Shown piece after piece: positions 56,816-64,000 of a DNA stretch of 64,000 bases. Source of the DNA: a virus; the IMG/VR virus record IMGVR_UViG_3300036861_001052, positions 32,001 through 96,000 of that record; one strand, 5' to 3'. The notes below the pieces were generated by a model, which saw nothing but the letters and a program-made list of their open reading frames with translations, had not been told where the DNA came from and did no database searches. The stretch's first letter is position 1. Each line of letters opens with the position of its first letter. The position numbers and the translations under genes are program-made.

Positions 56816-59272
56816 GTGAGAGGCAAGCACAAAGCGTACGGTCGAGCGTTTCCAATCCGGGAAGCGGACGTCGGCTCGTACAAGGTAGCGCGTCACCGTC
56901 CCTATCGAGCGAATCCGATGGGCGTGACGACGCTGTCGAGCGTCAACGGCCCGGGCGCGTATTCCGCGCGTGCGGCCTCGAGTGGGCTTTCCCGCGCCGA
57001 GCGTCTGCGGCGCGCGCGCCGGCTCATGGAGAACCGAAGCATGCAAGGACACAAGGTGCACAGGGCCAAGTTCGTACGGCGCATGAAGGCAAACAGCGGT
57101 CGGATGACCTCGAACGCTGCCCGACGCCGCGCGGGCAAACGCCTCGCTGCGTTTCAGGCAGCTCGGCGTCGTGGGCTTTCGAAGGAAGCGGCGATGCGGA
57201 GCGCGTCCCGGAAGTTTCCGAAGAGTCGCCGGCGTGGCTACCGCCGAAACGAGGGACCGGCTCAGGTCGCTTCCCCCGCCTACCGGTCGGGCCACGAGCG
57301 GATCTACGGGAAAAAGGCTCAGCGAAGGCGCGCCGCCGCGGCAAAGCGGAAAGCGCATCGCGCCGAGGTCGCCGCGCGTAAGCGCGCTCGTAAGGCTGCC
57401 GCTCGCGCGAAGAAGCGCGCAGCGATGACGCCGGAAAAGCGCGCTTCGCTCCGAAAGCGCCGCCGCAGGGCGAGCTTTCCTAAGCAGTACAAGAAGGTGC
57501 GGGGCCGAAGGGGCAAGATGCACCGAGTGCGAGTGGCGTACGGACCGTACCGCCGCGCGCGCCTTTCCGATCCGAGGTCAGGCCGAAAGCGCCTCTCCTA
57601 CACCTATCGAGGCAAACGCGGCAAACGCCGCAAGATTCCGCAGTGGGCCGTTGCCGGAGCAGTCAGTGCGCGCGACTACAAGACGTCGAGCGTGTACGGG
57701 CGCGCCCGGGAGCGGATCGCACGGCGTCGTAAACGTGCTGCCGCTCGCGTAGAGCGCAGCGGAGATGCGTTCGTTCCGAACGCGGGAGCAAGAAAAGTGG
57801 CAAGACGAAGAAAGCGAAAAGGGCACAAGCGTTCCCGCCGGGGACGTCGCAAGGTGAAACGGACGCGCGGTCGCGCGCGGCGCCGATCGGCGGGTCACAC
57901 CGTCCGCAGGCGCAAGAGGCGCAAGTCAGCGAGCCGCCGGACAGCCCGGAAGCACCGTGCGAGCCCGCATCGCCGGAAGAAGCGTCGTGCGCACGCGAAG
58001 AGGCGTTCCACGCGCCGCCGGTCCAAGCGCCGGTCGCACCCGCGTCGGATCGGTCGCCGCAAGGTGAGGCGCCTGAGAAAAGGCATCTACCTGGTCGCGA
58101 ACCGCCGTCGCCGTCGCTCGCGCCGCCGCTACGAGGAAAACCGCAGGGTCCGCCGGCATCGTCGTCGGAAGCTCGCGGCAAATCCGCGTCGCAGGCGTCG
58201 CTCGCGGCGTCACGTCGCAAACCGCAGGCGCCGAACGCATCGGCGTCGGAGCTACCGTCGTAACCGGAGCTACCGCCGTAACGGCTTCATGGGCGACTTG
58301 AAGACGCTCGCGAAGATGGGCTTCCTGGTCCTCGGCGGCTTCTTCCTCCACAAGGGGATCACGGGCGGAATCATTCGGGCGCTGACGTCTACGGACGCCT
58401 CGACCGGAGCGATGACGTTCGCCTCGCTGCCGATGATCGGAGCCGACGGCAAACCGACGGTTCTCGCGACTTGGCAGAAGCCGCTCGTCGGAGGCCTGTT
58501 CGGCGGTCTCGGCATCTTCGGGATCTCCAAGCTCCCGATGAAGTCGGACACCCGGAATGCGCTGTCAGCGGGCGTGGTGACGTCGTTCCTTCAGAGCCTC
58601 GTCCACACGATCCTGACTGTCGCAAACCAGCCGGAGGTCCTCTCCTATCTCGAGGGTTACCAGAACAGCGCAGCGTACTCGCTCCGCGGTACCCGAGGGA
58701 AACGGCGCCGTCACCCGATGCGAGGCCTCGGCGTCGCACGGAACGCGACGTCGATCATGCCGCACTACGCACCTGTCGGACAGTTCCAGCAGGCCGCAGC
58801 CGGCATGGGCGAGTACTTCGCGGCTCAGAGCGGCATGGGTGAGTACTTCGCGGGTCCCGGCGTCGAAGGCGTCGGTCACTACGAGAAGGCTGGCCCCTTG
58901 GCGCTTCAGCCCTCGACGAGCCGGATGGGTAACCTTCCGATCGACGACGGCATTCGCCCCGACTCGAACCTCGACCACGTGATGGATCTCGCGGAAAGCG
59001 CGGCCGGTCTCGGCCAAGGTTTCCGTCAGGCCGCCGCGGGAGTCGGGGCGGGCCCGGGTTACCGGCAGGCAGCTGCCGGTATGGGCGAGTACTTCTCGGC
59101 TGCCCCGCAAGACGGCGGCTACAAGGAGTTCTCGGTCCCGACGCAGTCGCAGTGGATCCCCTCGGGGCCCCTCTGGGCCGGCACGATGAGTGCCGACGCT
59201 GCGTACACGGAGAGCGAGCTCCCGGCTGGGATCCTCCAGGGTCCTGGCGGAAACGGAGTGCTCTCGGGCTGA
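56816..59272 (+). CDS. Protamine-like Arg/Lys-rich core protein fused to a membrane domain and GMG-repeat tail
   Basis: About 490 aa extremely R/K-rich, then 2-3 hydrophobic helices, then repeated (AA/QS)GMGEYF; lies directly upstream of the capsid gene. Confidence 0.8.
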   Translation: MRGKHKAYGRAFPIREADVGSYKVARHRPYRANPMGVTTLSSVNGPGAYSARAASSGLSRAERLRRARRLMENRSMQGHKVHRAKFVRRMKANSGRMTSNAARRRAGKRLAAFQAARRRGLSKEAAMRSASRKFPKSRRRGYRRNEGPAQVASPAYRSGHERIYGKKAQRRRAAAAKRKAHRAEVAARKRARKAAARAKKRAAMTPEKRASLRKRRRRASFPKQYKKVRGRRGKMHRVRVAYGPYRRARLSDPRSGRKRLSYTYRGKRGKRRKIPQWAVAGAVSARDYKTSSVYGRARERIARRRKRAAARVERSGDAFVPNAGARKVARRRKRKGHKRSRRGRRKVKRTRGRARRRSAGHTVRRRKRRKSASRRTARKHRASPHRRKKRRAHAKRRSTRRRSKRRSHPRRIGRRKVRRLRKGIYLVANRRRRRSRRRYEENRRVRRHRRRKLAANPRRRRRSRRHVANRRRRTHRRRSYRRNRSYRRNGFMGDLKTLAKMGFLVLGGFFLHKGITGGIIRALTSTDASTGAMTFASLPMIGADGKPTVLATWQKPLVGGLFGGLGIFGISKLPMKSDTRNALSAGVVTSFLQSLVHTILTVANQPEVLSYLEGYQNSAAYSLRGTRGKRRRHPMRGLGVARNATSIMPHYAPVGQFQQAAAGMGEYFAAQSGMGEYFAGPGVEGVGHYEKAGPLALQPSTSRMGNLPIDDGIRPDSNLDHVMDLAESAAGLGQGFRQAAAGVGAGPGYRQAAAGMGEYFSAAPQDGGYKEFSVPTQSQWIPSGPLWAGTMSADAAYTESELPAGILQGPGGNGVLSG

Positions 59273-59447
59273 GCTGTAGCGCTTAACACCGCCGGCCCCG
59301 GTAGGACGAGCGCGCCTCACCGCTCTCGAGCCCCGGGGCAGCGGTGTCAGAACCGACCGGCGGAAAAGCCCCGAAAGGGGCCGGGACGACACCCGACCAA
59401 AACGGATCTTCCGGTCACCCACCCGTTTCCAAAGGAAACATACCAAC

Positions 59448-61028
59448 ATGGCAAAACTGACGAACGTCAGAGAGCGTGTGCATCACGCGGACGTTCGGTG
59501 AAAGCGAAAGCTGGTGCCCCTCGGCGGTAACGCCGGGGTGATAACTGGGTGAATCAAACCGTTTCGTGATGAGAATGAGAACTTCAGACACAGACATCGC
59601 CTGGCTTGCTGGAATCGTGGACGGCGAGGGCTGCTTCTCCGTGAAGCGTCCCATCGTTCGCAAGACCTACAAGAAGGGGCGAGTGACGAGCTACCAAGTG
59701 TGGCTGGTCGTCTGTAATACGTCCGAGCCGATGGTACGTCGGGTCACGGAGATCTTCGGATCTCTCGGGATCGGGCACCAGCCGGTGAGGCGCGTCTGGA
59801 AGGGAAAGAAGGCAACTCGGTGGCAGTACTGGGTGCACGTCGCGCGAAAGCACGAGCTCTTGCGTCTGACGGAACTCCTCCTGCCTTTCCTCGTGGCCAA
59901 AAAAGACGAGGCCGAGATCGTGCGCTGGTTCCTATCGAGGGCTTGCAGCACGAGGCAATACGTTCCCACTCTTCTCGATCGTACCGCGCTCGAAGCGATG
60001 GCCACGATCAAGCGACACGGCGGGGAAGCCCCTGCTGAGGTGCGAGAGCTCCTTCGCGAGGTAATCCCGAGCCAAGCCGTTTCTGGGATCCGTGCGGCCC
60101 ACGGATTGGAGACGGAAGGCGTAGAGACTAGGTCGGTGACTCCCAAGAATAACCCGACCCACGAGTGCCCGGCGCCCCTCCACTTGGTGGGGTGATGAGA
60201 TAGCCCGACACTCCGGGAAACCGGAGAGCCCGCATAAACAGCGGGCATGACAGAAGCAAGCAGCCGTTTTACGACACGCTCATCCGAACCTCCGGTCTCG
60301 GCGGTTCCATCCCCAAGGTGAATCAGCGGACCTCGCTGTTCACGAACCAGGCTCGCCAGGACGACATCAACGCCCTGACGAACCTGCCGAACGGTTCGAC
60401 GCTCCCGTCCGACCAGAGCCACGTGACGCTCGCGCTTCGCGTGTTCATCTGGTTCCGCAATCCGCAGATCCGCGCAAGCGGCTTTGCGAACGGTGCGATC
60501 AAGAACAACGGCGACTTCTCCCAAGCGGGAGCGGCGGCGTTCTTCTCGCAAGGCGGAGTCGACCCGAACGGCGCGACCGCGGGCCCCGGCGCCTTCAACT
60601 ACCCGGGCTCGATCGAGGACGTCTACCGCCTGTACTGGCAGTCGGAAGAGCAGCTTCACTGGAGCTACGGCACCGGTGACAAGTTCTCGATCACGAACAT
60701 GCCGACGAAGTACTTCCCGGACGGCGGTGGCCTCTGGGGTGACCTCGGTGGCTCTTCGGATCTCATCCACTTCAACAACGGCACGCCGGACCACACGGCA
60801 ATTCTCCGGCTCGCGCGCGCGATCCTTCTGCCTCCCCGGCAGAACATCAAGTGCGCCGCCGAGATCGTGCCCTTGCCCGACGGTGGAAACGCCCAGATCG
60901 CTGGATCGACCGTGACCGGCAACGGCCGGAACATGCTGTCGCTCCAGGACAACCTGAACGCGACCGACGGGATCAACAAGGTGATTCAGTTCACCTTCGA
61001 CGGTCTCTTCGCCCGCGACGTTCAGTAG
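59448..61028 (+). CDS. Putative major capsid protein (jelly-roll type), spliced: 59448-59483 + 60261-61028, 267 aa
   Basis: AAAGGA RBS + ATG 59448; joined reading MAKLTNVRERVH|QPFYDTLIRT...LF...TNL..GSTLPSDQ; exon 2 has no in-frame ATG after TAG 60201; the capsid identity is inference from motif pattern and context. Confidence 0.7.
59484..60260 (+). ncRNA. Group I self-splicing intron (777 nt)
   Basis: Exon ends in U, intron ends in G; IGS GCTGGTGC (59510-59517) pairs GCAU (P1, U-G) and CAGC (P10); Q-like AATCCCGAGCCAAG, R-like GTAGAGACTA, S-like GAGATAGCCC; P9 CTCCGG-GAAA-CCGGAG. Confidence 0.9.
59566..60195 (+). CDS. Intron-encoded single-motif LAGLIDADG homing endonuclease
   Basis: DIAWLAGIVDGEGCFSV, LVVCNTS, LLPFLVAKK; 3' end reads through the intron core. 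Confidence 0.92.
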   Translation: MMRMRTSDTDIAWLAGIVDGEGCFSVKRPIVRKTYKKGRVTSYQVWLVVCNTSEPMVRRVTEIFGSLGIGHQPVRRVWKGKKATRWQYWVHVARKHELLRLTELLLPFLVAKKDEAEIVRWFLSRACSTRQYVPTLLDRTALEAMATIKRHGGEAPAEVRELLREVIPSQAVSGIRAAHGLETEGVETRSVTPKNNPTHECPAPLHLVG

Positions 61029-61139
61029 CTTCGAACGCAGGTTGATCGCGCGCCTGAGCCAAGCGCGGTACGGCACGGACGGCGGTTTCCCTCAAAAGAG
61101 CCGCCGTCCGGTACTCCTCACGGAGGCACGAAAAAAGAC

Positions 61140-62132
61140 ATGGCAAGTTGGGAACAGGTCATTCGAGACCTGCAGAACACGGCAGGCTTTGCCGCCGCAA
61201 AGGCGAAGGAAGCGATCGACAAGGCAGGCCGAAACGAGAGCGCCCTCGCGCTCGTCCGGCAAGAGCTCGAACGCGAGCAGCGCTCCATGCAAGCGCTCGC
61301 CGACGCGCTCGAAAAGGTCCAGGGCCGCGGCGCGGGCTACGGTAACGGTAACGTCGGCGTCGACGAGCGCGTGCGCTACATCGAGTCGATCCCGGGTCGC
61401 AGGATCCCGTTCGACTTCGTCGTGACGATTCCTATTTCTTCGAACTCGGTCTCGCAGGTCCAGGGCACGAAGACCGTGAGCCAGGACGGGCCGTTCGTGG
61501 CGGTTGCGCGCTACGCGGCGTTTCAGTCCGCGTTCCAGTTTCAACGGGTAGACCCCGTCACGCAGGAGAAGGCGGTCTTTCAAGGACGCTCCTTCGGCCG
61601 TTTTCGTCCGATGCACTCCATGTGGGACCTGAACGATGCCTCGACCGGCGTCTTTCAGCCGACGACCGGCATCGCTCAGCCGGGCACGGGCGCGCCGATC
61701 GTGGCGGCTCCCTCGAACATGTCGTCCTTCCGCACGATGGAAGGCGACTTCATCATCCAGATGCTGAATCAAGGCGCTGGCTACCCTCGCGACAATCAGG
61801 ACGGCGGCATTCCGAGCGCCTGGTACTCCGAGAGCATCAACAGCCCCTTCCAGCTCGGAGCCTTGGACTTCTTCGAGCGCGGCGAGACGATCCAGTGGAA
61901 GGTCACGCCGACGCACGTCAATAACCCGCCGGCAGGTAACCTTTCGGGTTACGCTGCGGGTGGCGTGTTCCCGTTCCTCGCGAGCCAGTACGACGTGCAC
62001 GAGGGCATCAACGACCAGCTCGATCCCGAGGCAACGAGCGATCCCATCACGAGGCTCCCCGACGGGATCTTGTGGATAGGGATGCACGGGATCAAGATCG
62101 TGCAGCCCCCCGGGCCGGTGAGGCTCACCTAA
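61140..62132 (+). CDS. Second putative capsid protein (N-terminal coiled coil + beta-rich domain)
   Basis: GGAGG RBS; IPFDFVVTI...TVSQDGPFVAV...FFERGETIQWKV...IGMHGIKI beta-strand pattern. Confidence 0.55.
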   Translation: MASWEQVIRDLQNTAGFAAAKAKEAIDKAGRNESALALVRQELEREQRSMQALADALEKVQGRGAGYGNGNVGVDERVRYIESIPGRRIPFDFVVTIPISSNSVSQVQGTKTVSQDGPFVAVARYAAFQSAFQFQRVDPVTQEKAVFQGRSFGRFRPMHSMWDLNDASTGVFQPTTGIAQPGTGAPIVAAPSNMSSFRTMEGDFIIQMLNQGAGYPRDNQDGGIPSAWYSESINSPFQLGALDFFERGETIQWKVTPTHVNNPPAGNLSGYAAGGVFPFLASQYDVHEGINDQLDPEATSDPITRLPDGILWIGMHGIKIVQPPGPVRLT

Positions 62133-62140
62133 GGAGAATT

Positions 62141-63046
62141 TTGACCCTCCGATCACATTTGACGCCGCGGCAGGTCAAGGGGCTCGGCCTCGGAGCCCCG
62201 TCGCCGCCGGCGGAGCCCGTACGCGTGCTCGATCCGTGGCGAGGCGATCCGCCTCCTCCTCAGCCCTACGAGGGCGAGGGGATCAGCCACGGCTGCGACG
62301 CTTCCCGGGTCCAGCTCGCCGGAGGGGCGCTGAACACCCTCCTCGTCCATCCCGAGGTGACGCCCTTCGAGCAGCTCTACCGGCGCCTGCCCGAGGAGGG
62401 GATGTTTCTCGACTCGGTCGGCCCGGAGAATCCGTTCACGTTCGAGCTCGGGGCGTTCCGCGTGCCGGACACGTTCACGCTGCTCTTGTTCGATTTGAGG
62501 CCAGACATCTATCGCTTCAGCGGCGTGGATCCGGGAGACACGATCCCGGTCGAGGCGCGGCGCTTCAGCTCGGTTCTCGGCTTTCAGATCACGGTCGACC
62601 AGCGCCAGCCCGCCAATCTCCTCTACCAGCTCGATCCGGCGCCGATTCAGACGTTTCCCGAGGCCTTCACGAATCCGATCGGCGCTCCCGGCGAGCTCCC
62701 GCCCGCCATCGCGGCGGCAATCGGTTTCCAGAACGGATCGCGCTTCAACCTCTCTCAGGCGACGAGCGTCGCGACGGCTTCGGGCGCCGGAGACCAGCTC
62801 CAGCCACAGAGGCCGACCCGGTACGGGCCCTTGTCCGTGCCGTTTACGATGTACATCCGGCCCGGGCAGACGTTTCAAGTCCGCTGCGTGATCTTCAATC
62901 CGGTGCCGAGCCCGATTGCGTTCATCGAGTACGACATCGCTGGCATGCTCATGCCGGACACGTGGGTGACGACGATGACCGAGTGCATGAAGCCGCTCTC
63001 GAACGCTTCGCACGGTCCAGGCTCTCTCGGGGGAGGTCCACGGTGA
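62141..63046 (+). CDS. Third putative jelly-roll structural protein
   Basis: TTG start behind AAGGAG; KGLGLG near N-terminus; FRVPDTFTLLL...YIRPGQTFQV...YDIAGMLMP. Confidence 0.55.
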   Translation: MTLRSHLTPRQVKGLGLGAPSPPAEPVRVLDPWRGDPPPPQPYEGEGISHGCDASRVQLAGGALNTLLVHPEVTPFEQLYRRLPEEGMFLDSVGPENPFTFELGAFRVPDTFTLLLFDLRPDIYRFSGVDPGDTIPVEARRFSSVLGFQITVDQRQPANLLYQLDPAPIQTFPEAFTNPIGAPGELPPAIAAAIGFQNGSRFNLSQATSVATASGAGDQLQPQRPTRYGPLSVPFTMYIRPGQTFQVRCVIFNPVPSPIAFIEYDIAGMLMPDTWVTTMTECMKPLSNASHGPGSLGGGPR

Positions 63047-63048
63047 CT

Positions 63049-63173
63049 TCGGTGAAGGAGGCCAGCCGGCCGCCGTCGCGCTTCCAGCGGGTATGGACGA
63101 ACGCACCCCTATCGGACATGGGGGCTGTCGAGTCTTACTCGGGAAACGGCGGACGGCTGGCCTCCTTCACCGA
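63049..63173. repeat. 28-bp inverted repeat (1 mismatch) enclosing 69 nt
   Basis: TCGGTGAAGGAGGCCAGCCGgCCGCCGT (63049-63076) versus ACGGCGGaCGGCTGGCCTCCTTCACCGA (63146-63173). Confidence 0.85.
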
Positions 63174-63185
63174 GCTCGAGGCGTC

Positions 63186-63953
63186 ATGGTGATGCAGAGC
63201 TACGTCGAAGGCGGCGCCTCCCAGATGGGGACGGCGTGGGACGAGATCGGGATCTTGCCTGCTCCCCCCGGAACGTCGCTCGGCCAGATGGACGCGATGA
63301 GTCTCTTCTCGGAGGTCTCGGACGCGCTCCGCCTGCGGCCCATCGGTGTCGTGACGCCCTGGGCAGCACGCGTCGGTGATCTCGAGTGGGAGGACATTCC
63401 CCATCCCGACACGAACGTGATGCTCTGGGAGCTCACGGACGCGGCCATCAATGCCGTGCCGGAGGTGACGTTCGGGAGTCCCTTGCCGTTCGTGGGGATC
63501 GTGACGTCGCGGCCGATGAGCGTCGCAGAGACGCGAAAGATGTGGGAGGGGACAGCCTACGCTCCGTACGAGACGCAAGCCGTCTACCGGCAGGACGACG
63601 CGAAGGATCCGCCGACTGCGCTCTTCTTGCACTGGGGCGAGCGCATCGACATCGCGAAGCTTCCGAAGGAGGTCTTGCTCCTCGGCCCCCGCGCTTCGGC
63701 CGCCGCGGGAAGCCTCGTCTTCGCGGCTCAGATCCCAGCGCAGAATTCGACCACGCGCGCAGCTCCGTCGAGCTCGTTTGCTTCGGTCCTCGCGCGGCAG
63801 GCGCCGCTTCCGCCGGAGCCGCCGCCGAATCCCACGCCGGGCCCGATCCCTCTCGGCCCTGTCAAAGAGGACAAGATGAATCTCGGCGTGCCGATCGCCG
63901 TAGGGCTAGGGGCAGCGGCTCTCGGCTTCTTGCTCTGGAAGAGGAAGAGGTAA
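63186..63953 (+). CDS. Tail-anchored protein
   Basis: ATG 63186 behind GAGG; Pro-rich linker, TM + KRKR. Confidence 0.7.
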   Translation: MVMQSYVEGGASQMGTAWDEIGILPAPPGTSLGQMDAMSLFSEVSDALRLRPIGVVTPWAARVGDLEWEDIPHPDTNVMLWELTDAAINAVPEVTFGSPLPFVGIVTSRPMSVAETRKMWEGTAYAPYETQAVYRQDDAKDPPTALFLHWGERIDIAKLPKEVLLLGPRASAAAGSLVFAAQIPAQNSTTRAAPSSSFASVLARQAPLPPEPPPNPTPGPIPLGPVKEDKMNLGVPIAVGLGAAALGFLLWKRKR

Positions 63954-63958
63954 GGCGC

Positions 63959-64000
63959 ATGTATACGGGCGTTGGACAAGACTCTGGCATGGTGTTTCTT
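63959..64000 (+). CDS. 5' fragment of the next structural gene (MYTGVGQD...)
   Basis: ATG after the previous stop, begins with a G-V-G motif like its neighbours. Confidence 0.5.
   Translation, partial: MYTGVGQDSGMVFL

Noticed and set aside
59566-60195. LAGLIDADG ORF as an intein or free-standing endonuclease
   Set aside because: It has its own start and stop, lacks intein Cys/His-Asn termini, and is enclosed by group I intron elements
60318-61028. Track ORF as a complete 236-aa gene
   Set aside because: No RBS at the GTG; the frame is open from the intron 3' end and joins exon 1
53068-62156. Long minus-strand ORFs (53068-55029, 59691-61076, 61092-62156 and similar)
   Set aside because: Typical high-GC antisense open frames opposite well-supported genes
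63043-63192. 49-aa ORF spanning the inverted repeat
   Set aside because: The sequence is explained by the stem-loop and shows no protein features; not excluded but unsupported

Overview
GC-rich, gene-dense 64 kb segment of what looks like a large bacterial dsDNA virus (or provirus). I see no housekeeping genes, and no recognisable terminase, portal, tail or integrase. Layout: (1) 1-12 kb, minus strand: appendage module with four (Gly-X-Thr)n collagen-like fibres, a GH99/WbsX-like protein, a LamG-like protein, a glycosyltransferase and a methyltransferase. (2) 12-15.5 kb: two more glycosyltransferase fusions. (3) 15.8-27.8 kb, minus strand: operon of small early-type ORFs (MmcB-like nuclease, PnuC-like, J-domain). 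(4) 28-32 kb: initiator with internal palindromes, DnaC-like loader, DnaB. (5) 32.7-45.8 kb: accessory genes (modular protein, GNAT-like, DUF3310, Nudix, coiled-coil protein, Zn peptidase). (6) 45.9-64 kb: morphogenesis module with a transglutaminase-like Cys protease, about 15 membrane-anchored proteins, an 818-aa protamine-like/membrane protein and putative jelly-roll capsid genes. The first capsid gene is split by a group I intron carrying a LAGLIDADG endonuclease, and its splice junction can be read directly from the P1/P10 guide. The most novel signal is two recurring peptide motifs: G-[LMIV]-G in membrane/capsid proteins and hydrophobic-x-x-N in core/cargo proteins. They suggest a proteolytic maturation/sorting code in a tailless, internal-membrane virus. 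Family assignments come from motif recognition by eye, not database searches.
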